A DNA stretch of 64,000 bases, from contig CAJOJG010000002.1 of the NCBI GenBank assembly GCA_905234655.1, positions 12,089 to 76,088 of the forward strand, given 5' to 3'. Of the stretch, positions 1-8,139 are shown piece after piece (the stretch's first letter is position 1; each line of letters begins with the position of its first letter). The translations under genes were made by a program, and so were the position numbers. Below the pieces are notes generated by a model that worked only from the letters and a program-made list of their open reading frames with translations, was not told the DNA's origin and searched no databases. Source of the DNA: an uncultured Bacteroidales bacterium. Lineage in GTDB: Bacteria > Bacteroidota > Bacteroidia > Bacteroidales > UBA3824.

Positions 1-1778
1 CGTATGACTATACCGACTACGACGACAAGTACGGCGCGCCCAAAATGAATGTCAGCGAAGACCTCATGTGGGACAACAAGGGCTACCCTTACAGCGAGCA
101 AAACAAAAACGGTCAGATTACCGACGAATTTTACAAGAGAAAGGAAATCAACCACGACATTTTGGCTACTTGGGCAAAAAAGTTTTTGGACGACAAACTT
201 GACATTACTGTAACGGCTGGCGTCAACGTCAACGAGAGGTCAGCCTCAAAGTTGGTAGGCGAAGTAAGCGACCTTTCCATTGAAAACGGCTTCTGGAACC
301 TTTCAAACGGCGCGACAAAGAAAACGCTTTCCGACAGCGAATCCAAACGCCGTTTGGTAGGCATCTTGGGCGACGTTACAGTAGGCTGGAACGACTTGGT
401 CTACCTCGGGTATTCTGCCCGCAACGACAAGTCTTCGACCCTGCCTATAGAAAACAACTCGTATTTCTACCAGGGCGTTACGGCAAGTTTCCTGTTCTCA
501 AACCTCATTCCTGAAAACAACATCTTGTCATTCGGCAAGGTGCGCCTTGCATACGGCTCTACGGGCAACGACGCGGGCGTTTACTACACAGCCGACAATA
601 CCTACACACAGGCGTATGCCAACGCCAACTACATTGTAAGCGCAATCACATTCCCCTTCAACGGCGTCAACGCTTACCAAAAACTTCGCAGCATGGGCAA
701 CCCCGACCTCAAGCCGGAGATGACCACCGAGTTGGAAGGCGGATTGAATTTGCAGTTTTTAAACGGCAGGATTGGCTTTGACTTCGCGGCATACCAGCGC
801 AAGACAAAAGACCAGATTTTCCAGTTGCCAATCGACCCCGCCACAGGTTATGAGTATATGTACGTCAACTACGGCGAAGTACAGAACAAAGGCATAGAAC
901 TCGTCCTCAACACCGAGCCGGTCAAGATAAAAGACTTCTCTTGGAAACTTGACTTCAATTTCGCCAAGAACGTCAACGAGGTAATCTCGCTGCCCAAGGA
1001 ACTTGAAGGCGGCAAGTCGCAGATACGCGGCGCGGCATATTCCACGGGTGCATTTGCGGTATATATGTACGCCGAAGAAGGCAAGCCTTTTGGCGAGTTT
1101 TATTGCAAGATGCCCACATACGACCCCGAGGGACACATCATTGTAGACGAACACGGCGCGGCAGTGCTTACAGACACGGAAGTGGACACCGGCAAGAACA
1201 TCCAGCCAGACTTTACTGGCGGCGTCAAGTCAACCTTCAGTTGGAAGGGGCTCTCATTGTCGGCTACATTGGATTTCAGCAAGGGCGGGTATATGTTTTC
1301 GCGCACAATCGAGACCACCGAGTTTGTGGGCAACAGCATATACACCACCTACAATTCGCGCAACCCGTTCATAATCCCAAATTCAGTCGTGAATGTCGGC
1401 ACCGACAAGAATCCTGAGTACGTAGAAAACACCGTCCCGCTTTCAATGTCGGATTATTCAATGCAGGAATATTATTTTGGCAACGGCGGCGTGGATGGCT
1501 GCGGACATTACTTGGTTTCCAAGTCATACGCCAAACTGCGCAACATCACCTTGTCCTACACATTGCCTAAGAACTGGATTGCGCCAGTAAGGCTCTCTGA
1601 GGTTACGCTTGGCGTATTCTGCAACAACGTCTTCATCTGGACCGACAAGCACAACCGCTACACCGACCCCGAAAATTCAACATTCGGGTATTGGGGCGAC
1701 CTTGCCGCACAGTTCGGCGAACAATTCAGCAACCCGTCTTGCAGGATTTGGGGCATGAATCTGAATGTTAAATTCTAA
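1..1778 (+). CDS. SusC-type TonB-dependent outer-membrane receptor, C-terminal part (5' end lies outside the window)
   Basis: The frame is open from the window edge (YDYTDYDDKYGAPK precedes the first Met at 45). The sequence is beta-barrel-like and ends in an aromatic residue (...NLNVKF). A SusD-like lipoprotein gene follows directly. Confidence 0.85.
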   Translation, partial: YDYTDYDDKYGAPKMNVSEDLMWDNKGYPYSEQNKNGQITDEFYKRKEINHDILATWAKKFLDDKLDITVTAGVNVNERSASKLVGEVSDLSIENGFWNLSNGATKKTLSDSESKRRLVGILGDVTVGWNDLVYLGYSARNDKSSTLPIENNSYFYQGVTASFLFSNLIPENNILSFGKVRLAYGSTGNDAGVYYTADNTYTQAYANANYIVSAITFPFNGVNAYQKLRSMGNPDLKPEMTTELEGGLNLQFLNGRIGFDFAAYQRKTKDQIFQLPIDPATGYEYMYVNYGEVQNKGIELVLNTEPVKIKDFSWKLDFNFAKNVNEVISLPKELEGGKSQIRGAAYSTGAFAVYMYAEEGKPFGEFYCKMPTYDPEGHIIVDEHGAAVLTDTEVDTGKNIQPDFTGGVKSTFSWKGLSLSATLDFSKGGYMFSRTIETTEFVGNSIYTTYNSRNPFIIPNSVVNVGTDKNPEYVENTVPLSMSDYSMQEYYFGNGGVDGCGHYLVSKSYAKLRNITLSYTLPKNWIAPVRLSEVTLGVFCNNVFIWTDKHNRYTDPENSTFGYWGDLAAQFGEQFSNPSCRIWGMNLNVKF

Positions 1779-1797
1779 AAAAGAGGAGAACACAGAA

Positions 1798-3294
1798 ATG
1801 AAAAAATACTTCATATTGGCGTTGACGGCCATCGCAATGGTTTTCCATTCGTGCGACGACTATCTGGACATCAACTACGACCCGACGCTGCCCACCGACG
1901 AGGACCTCAACACAAGCCAGATCCTGCCCGCCGTGGAGATGAACCTCGCGTCGAGCTACGGCAACTACCTTCGCATCATGGGCGGATACCTCTCGGAGCA
2001 ATACGCCCAACGATTCGGAACTGGCAACTACCTCTCGCTCTCGCAGTTTGAGGTGAAGCCCGACGCTACCGGCTCGTTGGCATACAAGCAACTTTACCAG
2101 AGGGTGATTTCTACTGGCAACACTGCCTTGCAAATAGCCAGCGAAAACGGCGAACACGGCACGTTCCTCGCCGTAACGGTGTTGAGGGCATTCGCATACG
2201 CCGCCATGGTCGATTGTTACGACTCGATACCCTACACGGAAGCCACGGCTGGCATCAAACAGCCCAAATACGACGGCGGTCGCACCGTATACGACGGCAT
2301 CATCGCCGAACTCGACAACGCCATCTCAAAAACGAAGAACGCCGACATCGTCGCCACCAACTTCCTTTTCCCGGGCGAAAAGGCTGAACCCTGGATTCGT
2401 TTTGCTAATGCCTTGAAGTTGAAACTCTACACAAGACTTTCCAACGTCGATGAATCCGTCTTGCCCAAAATCGCCGAATTGATAGATGCGCCGCTTCCAA
2501 CGAGCGACATCGCCTTCAAGGGATGCTGGGCATCGAGCGCGGGCGGTGAAAATCCGTTCTACGCCGGCGAGTTTGGTTCCAACTTCGACATTCAGTTCAA
2601 CGTCGTCGCCAATGTTGCCGTGATAGAGAGCATGAAGAAAAGCGGCGACCAGAGGCTCGGCGCATTCTTCACCCAAAACGACAAGGGCGACTATTTGGGC
2701 GGCGTGTCCGGCACACAATTCTCTACATTTGCAGGGACTTACGGCTCGGCGTCGTTCAGCCGTCCCGTGATGACATACGATGCGCCCCTGAGCCTTTTGA
2801 CGCTTGCGGAGATCGAGTTTTACAAGGCGGAATACTACGCCCGCAAGGGCGATGCCGCCAACGCGCAGACTTATTACGAAAGCGCAATCAGGCAGAGTTT
2901 CCAAAGCGCAGGTGTGGACGGTGCCGACGACAACATCGCGTACTACCCCTACGACCAGTCCAACTGGCAGAAGTCAATCGGCGTTGCCAAATACCTTGCC
3001 CTGTCGGGCGTTGACAATTTCGAGGCATGGTGCGAACTTCGCCGCCTGCGTTTCCCTGCCTTCGACACCCAGGTAGCCGGCACGGACATTTGCAACGACG
3101 CAACTAAAAACTATTCCCCCGACAAGTACAACCCTTGCACGTTGTATACGCCCATCGCTGTAAGTAGCTACATTGGCGCAAACTCGCTCGCCGAGCGTTT
3201 CCCTCACCCGACGGAATCTTCCAACGCCAACAGCAACTGCCCCGTCAACTTCAGCGGCGTATACAAACTGCCAGTATTTTGGGCAAAAAAATAA
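1798..3294 (+). CDS. SusD/RagB-family nutrient-binding outer-membrane lipoprotein
   Basis: ATG at 1798 gives the lipoprotein signal MKKYFILALTAIAMVFHSC. It is about 500 aa, helical/TPR-like, and sits directly after the SusC-type gene. The longer 1765 start was rejected. Confidence 0.85.
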   Translation: MKKYFILALTAIAMVFHSCDDYLDINYDPTLPTDEDLNTSQILPAVEMNLASSYGNYLRIMGGYLSEQYAQRFGTGNYLSLSQFEVKPDATGSLAYKQLYQRVISTGNTALQIASENGEHGTFLAVTVLRAFAYAAMVDCYDSIPYTEATAGIKQPKYDGGRTVYDGIIAELDNAISKTKNADIVATNFLFPGEKAEPWIRFANALKLKLYTRLSNVDESVLPKIAELIDAPLPTSDIAFKGCWASSAGGENPFYAGEFGSNFDIQFNVVANVAVIESMKKSGDQRLGAFFTQNDKGDYLGGVSGTQFSTFAGTYGSASFSRPVMTYDAPLSLLTLAEIEFYKAEYYARKGDAANAQTYYESAIRQSFQSAGVDGADDNIAYYPYDQSNWQKSIGVAKYLALSGVDNFEAWCELRRLRFPAFDTQVAGTDICNDATKNYSPDKYNPCTLYTPIAVSSYIGANSLAERFPHPTESSNANSNCPVNFSGVYKLPVFWAKK

Positions 3295-3326
3295 TTGTTT
3301 AACAGTTTCAGTTTAGATTATTGACT

Positions 3327-4406
3327 ATGAAAAGATATTTCATAATACTGTTGACGCTCATTGCCGCCGCCGCTTTCACTGGCTGTGACGACGACCCTGA
3401 GAGCGACACCGTGGTAGAGTATTTCCCGCTCATCACCGACGGCAACGGCGAGTCGATTTCGGATTTGTTCCTCGAAATCGGCAGCGACTACAAGGTAACT
3501 TACAAGGCCACATACGGCGACGGAACGGATGCCACCAGCAAACTTAAAGTACAAATCCTCGACGGCGACGGCAACCCTGTTGACGCAGTGTCCACTGCAG
3601 CGTCCGGATTGTACACCGTGTCGTATTACGCGCCTACATCGACTGGCCTTTCCGACTGGACGGAAAATCAGACCATCATCATCTATGACCCGGCCTCGAC
3701 AGTTGACATTTCGGGCACATACGTTGTTGACCTCGACAAGACGCTTTCGCAGGATGTCGGAGGTCGTTTTGAGCCAAAGGACGACAAGACCAAGTTCCTT
3801 CCTCTGAAGGATTATGTTGACTTTTTCGGCTCGGCAGGTCCCGTCAAGGTAACACTCAGCAAGTACTACCCCGGCGTTTACGAGATTTCTGACGCTTATT
3901 TCGGCTGGTACGACCAAGTGCGCGCATACGGCGCAAAATACAGGGCGAAGGGCTACATTTCGCTCGGTCAAGACAATTCTATCAGGCTTTTGAGCGCGGA
4001 CTTGTCCGTATTTGGCGGCAGCCTCGACCCGTTCGTCGCTTCATACGACCCCGATACCAAGTCCATTTCATTCGCTTATAGTTTTGGCACGAGCGTCAAC
4101 ATCAAGGAAGGCGTTGCGACATTGCCGTCAGAACCAGTAAAACCGACGGTTTCCTTCACTATCGTTTACAACGCCAACAACAACCTCGGCGACGCACCCG
4201 TGGAGCAAGTAGTAACATCGGGCGACGGTGCGACTATGCTTCCCAACACCTTCGCAAACGCTGGCTACAAGTTCACCGGCTGGAACACAAAGGCTGACGG
4301 CAGCGGCGTGCAGTACGAAGACGAGTCCGAGATTTCCGACTGGGCTACCGTAGATGGCGCAGTGTTCACGCTATACGCCCAATGGGAAGAAGAAAGCGGA
4401 GATTAA
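3327..4406 (+). CDS. Surface lipoprotein with a C-terminal Listeria-Bacteroides repeat (Flg_new/InlB B-repeat type)
   Basis: Lipobox MKRYFIILLTLIAAAAFTGC. The C-terminus (...NAGYKFTGWNTKADGSGVQYEDES...FTLYAQW) matches that repeat's signature. The track start at 3321 is TTG; the ATG is at 3327. Confidence 0.7.
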   Translation: MKRYFIILLTLIAAAAFTGCDDDPESDTVVEYFPLITDGNGESISDLFLEIGSDYKVTYKATYGDGTDATSKLKVQILDGDGNPVDAVSTAASGLYTVSYYAPTSTGLSDWTENQTIIIYDPASTVDISGTYVVDLDKTLSQDVGGRFEPKDDKTKFLPLKDYVDFFGSAGPVKVTLSKYYPGVYEISDAYFGWYDQVRAYGAKYRAKGYISLGQDNSIRLLSADLSVFGGSLDPFVASYDPDTKSISFAYSFGTSVNIKEGVATLPSEPVKPTVSFTIVYNANNNLGDAPVEQVVTSGDGATMLPNTFANAGYKFTGWNTKADGSGVQYEDESEISDWATVDGAVFTLYAQWEEESGD

Positions 4407-4435
4407 TCACATTTAACAATAACAAATAGTAAAAG

Positions 4436-5083
4436 ATGAAAAACACACTATATTTGTTGATTGCAGTCCTCATACTGGGACTGTTGTCATGCGAAAAAGA
4501 CGAGCCGGGCGGCACCGCGACCGAGAGCGTTGCGGGCGAGTGGTACGTGTCATTCAGTTTGATAGATTCCGACGGCGACACTACAACAGCCGCTCAGTTG
4601 GTAAGCGCGGGTTGGTTCGACGCGGCAAAAGGCATCGTCCGCACTTTCAACACTGCCGCTAATGTCCCCGACAAGATGTACATTTCAGACATGACGGTCT
4701 TTGGCGATGGTGCAAAAGGCAGTAGTAGCATCAGCCCGTACCTTTGTTTCCAAGTGCCTGTCGATGTCAACCAGGGAACTGGCGAGTTTTCCACCGCTGG
4801 CGGCGATTTCGTAACGAACTTGGAAGAAAACTACGGCTACGACCCTGAGGACGGTTGGGAAGAGTCGGAGCATTATGCCAAGGTAAAAATCGTCAACGGC
4901 AAAATCGTCAAGAACGGCGGCAGGCAAAACAACGGCTCGCCCGACGATTCCATCGAGTTTGACCTCTACCTCGACAACAACTACGATGTCCTTGCCGGTG
5001 TCTTCGAATATTACTTCGGCGTAAAAATCGACCACTACCACGTAACTGGCATCCGTCATTCCGGTCTCGTCGAAAACCAATAA
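4436..5083 (+). CDS. Hypothetical lipoprotein, last gene of the SusC/D cluster
   Basis: Lipobox MKNTLYLLIAVLILGLLSC. It is co-directional with the cluster after a 30-nt gap, and a strong terminator follows. Confidence 0.65.
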   Translation: MKNTLYLLIAVLILGLLSCEKDEPGGTATESVAGEWYVSFSLIDSDGDTTTAAQLVSAGWFDAAKGIVRTFNTAANVPDKMYISDMTVFGDGAKGSSSISPYLCFQVPVDVNQGTGEFSTAGGDFVTNLEENYGYDPEDGWEESEHYAKVKIVNGKIVKNGGRQNNGSPDDSIEFDLYLDNNYDVLAGVFEYYFGVKIDHYHVTGIRHSGLVENQ

Positions 5084-5106
5084 CCCCCACCTATTCCCTA
5101 AACACT

Positions 5107-5166
5107 CACCCGCAGCCCTGTCAAGGGTTTTATTCACCTTGACGAGGCTGCGGGTGGTGTTTTTTC
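5107..5166 (+). terminator. Rho-independent terminator after the SusC/D cluster
   Basis: The cacccgcagcc ... ggctgcgggtg stem has an inner second helix (ccctgtcaagg / ccttgacgagg) and is followed by gtgttttttc. Confidence 0.75.
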
Positions 5167-5286
5167 ACTTTCCTATTTGCGGATTTCAAAAAAAACTTTC
5201 AAAAAATTTTTTCTAAAAAAGAATTATTGGTAAATTAGGCCCGTGAATATAAACACAACTAATTTTAATCCAATAAACTTATTGAT

Positions 5287-5799
5287 ATGGATATAGCATC
5301 AATTATCAAGACGGTGATTTCGCTCGCCGATGTGGTTATCAAGAAACCTTCCACTACGGTTCAAAACTCAGGAATCGACCTGTCGTCAATCATCTCGATA
5401 GCCGGTGCCCTCACTGGCGGCAATAACAACAATTCGTCCGCCGGTGGCCTTGGCTCAATCTTGGGCAGTGCGCTTGGCTCGGGCGCTTTGGGCGGACTCG
5501 GCAGTCTTCTCGGCGGCGGCAGCCAGCAGCAGGCGGCTCAACAGCAGCAATCCTCCGGCATGGGCGATGTCCTCGGCGGTCTTGGCAGCGTCCTCGGCAG
5601 CGTCCTCGGCGGCTCGCAGCAGTCACAATCCTCTGGCGGCGGCCTCGGCGACCTTCTCGGCCAACTCACTTCGAGGGCTGGCACAATCTCGGGCATGCTC
5701 GACAGCAACTCGGCTCAAAACCTCTCCGCCAATGAGAAAAACAACCTCACCGACGTCCTCAATATCATCAACGCTACAAAGGTGTTCGCTGGAAAATAA
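5287..5799 (+). CDS. Gly/Ser/Leu/Gln-rich low-complexity protein, no signal peptide
   Basis: A 170-aa ORF with ATG at 5287. Helical-looking ends (MDIASIIKTVISLADVVIKK... and ...LTDVLNIINATKVFAGK) flank repeated GGLGSxLG / SQQ blocks. It lies between a terminator and a long hairpin. Confidence 0.55.
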   Translation: MDIASIIKTVISLADVVIKKPSTTVQNSGIDLSSIISIAGALTGGNNNNSSAGGLGSILGSALGSGALGGLGSLLGGGSQQQAAQQQQSSGMGDVLGGLGSVLGSVLGGSQQSQSSGGGLGDLLGQLTSRAGTISGMLDSNSAQNLSANEKNNLTDVLNIINATKVFAGK

Positions 5800-5838
5800 A
5801 ACTGCAATTTGCGCCGCAAGGCGTGGATAGTAAACAAA

Positions 5839-5920
5839 AAATTACCGTAAATTTTTGATTAATTACCATGAGTTTTTAAGGAAATTCATGGTAACTGATG
5901 AAAAAAGTTTACGGTAATTT
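5839..5920. repeat. Nested inverted repeat (long AT-rich hairpin) between convergent genes; probable bidirectional terminator
   Basis: Outer arms are aaattaccgtaaa (5839-5851) and tttacggtaattt (5908-5920), a perfect pair. Inner arms are ttaccatga (5863-5871) and tcatggtaa (5886-5894). Confidence 0.6.
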
Positions 5921-5949
5921 CCTTTTATAAAAACTGCGGCGTTTCTCGT

Positions 5950-6192
5950 TTATACGCTTGTGACGGCTTTTGCGAGTTGGTCGGCGCAGGAAGTAGGCCT
6001 CGCGCCGCAGGTGTTGCCTGAAAGTATCTGGGCAATCTGGTCGGCGGGCATTCCGTTGACAAGTTTTGAGATGGCCTTCAGGTTTCCGTTACAGCCGCCG
6101 GTGAACTGGACGTCGGTGATGATGCCGCTCTCGTCTTTGTCGAAGGTGATTACTTTCGAGCAAGTGCCTTCAGTAATGTATGTATGCTTCAT
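5950..6192 (-). CDS. TSCPD-domain protein (TIGR03905-like small Cys-containing protein)
   Basis: MKHTYITEGTCSKVITFDKDESGIITDVQFTGGCNGNLKAISKLVNGMPADQIAQILSGNTCGARPTSCADQLAKAV is the pattern I recall for that family. The start was moved to the internal ATG at 6192 because the 133-aa extension is basic/Thr-rich junk. Confidence 0.7.
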   Translation of the reverse strand: MKHTYITEGTCSKVITFDKDESGIITDVQFTGGCNGNLKAISKLVNGMPADQIAQILSGNTCGARPTSCADQLAKAVTSV

Positions 6193-6213
6193 ATCCCTTA
6201 TAAAATTTTCGGA

Positions 6214-6243
6214 AATTGACGAAAAAATTGACGGTAATTGACG
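6214..6243 (-). promoter_or_regulatory. Three direct AATTGACG repeats upstream of the TSCPD gene
   Basis: aattgacg occurs at 6214-6221, 6226-6233 and 6236-6243 (spacing 12 and 10 nt), 22-51 nt upstream of the ATG at 6192. Confidence 0.35.
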
Positions 6244-6244
6244 C

Positions 6245-6802
6245 TTAAAAAAACTTTTTGCCGTCCTTGAAGGCGTCGCCAACCTTGTCGCCAAGGCGGT
6301 AGTAGTGGTGGTTCGACGGGTCGTATGTGATTGGGTCGAGTGCCTTGACATCGATTTTGCCGTCGTTGAGGACTGATTCGTCGGCGTTGACGTTCACGAT
6401 TTCGCCAAGCAGACGGCATGTAGAGTCGTCATAGCTGATTACCTTGCACTCCAGGCACATCGGCAGCTCCTCAATCATCGGCGCGTCGACGTTAGGAGCT
6501 TTCACGGCGTGGAGGCCCGCGCGGTCGATTTTGTCGCTGACCTTGTTGCCGCTCTCGATGCCGAGGTAGTCGCACTCTGCGACGTACTTTGCGGTGGCCA
6601 CGCTTACTGTGAACGCGCCTTTCTTCTTGAGGTTAGCGACGGTTTTGTGGGATGGTGAAAGGCAGATGCTTATTTTGGAGTCGTCGGCTATGCCGCCCCA
6701 AGCGGCGTTCATCGCATCGGCGTTTCCGTTCTCGTCATATGTGCCGATTATCAGCACCGGCATCGGGTAGAGCAGTGCTTTCGCACCGAAGTCTTTTCTC
6801 AT
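6245..6802 (-). CDS. Flavin reductase-like FMN-binding protein
   Basis: MRKDFGAKALLYPMPVLIIGTYDENGNADAMNAAWGG... is typical of the flavin reductase domain family. The start was set at the ATG at 6802; the upstream extension of the 258-aa ORF is AT-rich non-coding sequence. Confidence 0.75.
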   Translation of the reverse strand: MRKDFGAKALLYPMPVLIIGTYDENGNADAMNAAWGGIADDSKISICLSPSHKTVANLKKKGAFTVSVATAKYVAECDYLGIESGNKVSDKIDRAGLHAVKAPNVDAPMIEELPMCLECKVISYDDSTCRLLGEIVNVNADESVLNDGKIDVKALDPITYDPSNHHYYRLGDKVGDAFKDGKKFF

Positions 6803-6953
6803 GTTTGTCTTGTTTTTTAGAAGATTAGAAAATTCGTTGATGGTACTTATAAAAATTCTGTTGGTAAAATTATGAATATTTTTTCTTACATAAAAAATAT
6901 TTTTCGTATCTTGGCGAAAATTTGTAATTGTTAACGATTGAAACAAAAATATT

Positions 6954-7616
6954 ATGAGAAAATTTTTCGTGGTAGTCGCCTTGCTGCTCCAGGCTGGGTT
7001 CGGTACGGCGCAGAATTTCACACCATCAAAGAGCGGAACCCAGGTTCAGCTTAACAACCAGGGCTCCCAGCAGAATGTCCCGTCCGCACAGGTCGTCGCG
7101 CCCGGTCAGAATGCTAACACTAATGTAGCCGACCTGAAGGCTGCTATACTGAAATGCGAGCAGTCGCCGATAGTCATCACAGACGCTTTTGGCAGCTATA
7201 AGTTCGGGATGTCGGAGAAGGATTTTGTGAAGGTGACGAAAGCCGCCATAAAGGCCAAGCAGGCCAAGCGCAACTCTATTGGCAATGTCGAGTATGAGAT
7301 GAGTTTTGCCGACGGACGCACATATTCCCTCATCCTTGCCAATGCTGCGTTTTATAACGGCAAACTTTGCGGGCTTGACTTTGTGTTTGAGCGTTTTGAC
7401 GGCGGCATGTCGGACATCATCATGGAGGAAATCATGCAGGGCGACCGTTTCCAGGACATGGATCAGTACGCTGTGCCGAAGGGGTATATCTACCTGAAGG
7501 ACAATCTCGAGGTCGACCTTTCGCGTGGCAGCCTGTCGTACATGAACCTCTCCGTGGTCAATCAACGCGCAAAGGACAATGCCGAGCGCAACCATCTTTC
7601 GAGGGATGCGTTTTAG
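6954..7616 (+). CDS. Hypothetical secreted protein
   Basis: Signal peptide MRKFFVVVALLLQAGFGTAQ. It is the first gene of a co-directional overlapping gene string. Confidence 0.6.
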   Translation: MRKFFVVVALLLQAGFGTAQNFTPSKSGTQVQLNNQGSQQNVPSAQVVAPGQNANTNVADLKAAILKCEQSPIVITDAFGSYKFGMSEKDFVKVTKAAIKAKQAKRNSIGNVEYEMSFADGRTYSLILANAAFYNGKLCGLDFVFERFDGGMSDIIMEEIMQGDRFQDMDQYAVPKGYIYLKDNLEVDLSRGSLSYMNLSVVNQRAKDNAERNHLSRDAF

Positions 7617-8115
7617 GCTTTTGGCGTTGTTGTCGGCGGCATTTTCGCTGTGCCTGATGCTGTCGTGCAATGGCAACCGCGTCGAAATATGCAGGAGCGG
7701 CATTGGCAAAGTGTGGCTCTATGACGGCGGCGACACTACGGCAAGGCTCCTGCACGTCTCGTTCGACGGCGACACGCTCTCGGTATGGCCGTTGTACCAC
7801 CCAGTCTATCATTATGATTATGGGGATTTGAACTGTGATGGACGTGACGAGATTGTCGTCGGCGTTACTAAAAAGACAAGATATTGGCGTGAGGAAGCGC
7901 GGCGGCTTTTCGTGTTCAAACTTTACGAAGGCGAGTTGATACGGCCGCTGTGGCTCGGGTCGCGTTTGGGGTGTCCGATAGAGACTTTTCGTGTCGAGAG
8001 GGACTCGTCACCGGCGCGGATAGTTTCGACGGAGAAGTGCAGCGATTCAGTCGTCCATGTCATGTACCGCATTAAGGGCTTCGGACCGAAGTTCGAAAGC
8101 TATGTCAAAGAGTAA
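7606..8115 (+). CDS. Hypothetical lipoprotein with an FG-GAP/VCBS-like Ca-binding motif
   Basis: ATG at 7606 gives MRFRLLALLSAAFSLCLMLSC. It carries the motif GDLNCDGRDEIVVGV and overlaps the upstream stop by 11 nt. Confidence 0.6.
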   Translation: MRFRLLALLSAAFSLCLMLSCNGNRVEICRSGIGKVWLYDGGDTTARLLHVSFDGDTLSVWPLYHPVYHYDYGDLNCDGRDEIVVGVTKKTRYWREEARRLFVFKLYEGELIRPLWLGSRLGCPIETFRVERDSSPARIVSTEKCSDSVVHVMYRIKGFGPKFESYVKE

Positions 8116-8139
8116 TAATGGTTTAATCTATTTTTTGTT

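Noticed and set aside
5405-5830. A 141-aa alternative-frame ORF and a 71-aa antisense ORF within the Gly/Ser/Gln-rich gene
   Set aside because: They are by-products of GC-rich trinucleotide-like repetition (Ala/Ser/Arg-rich). The 5287 frame has the better start context and non-repetitive termini. The frame choice remains unverified.
6803-7021. Upstream extension of the flavin reductase ORF, and similar long extensions of the TSCPD, ilvC, proS, PAP2 and FKBP ORFs
   Set aside because: The extensions lie in AT-rich intergenic sequence. Internal ATGs give N-termini that match the conserved family starts.
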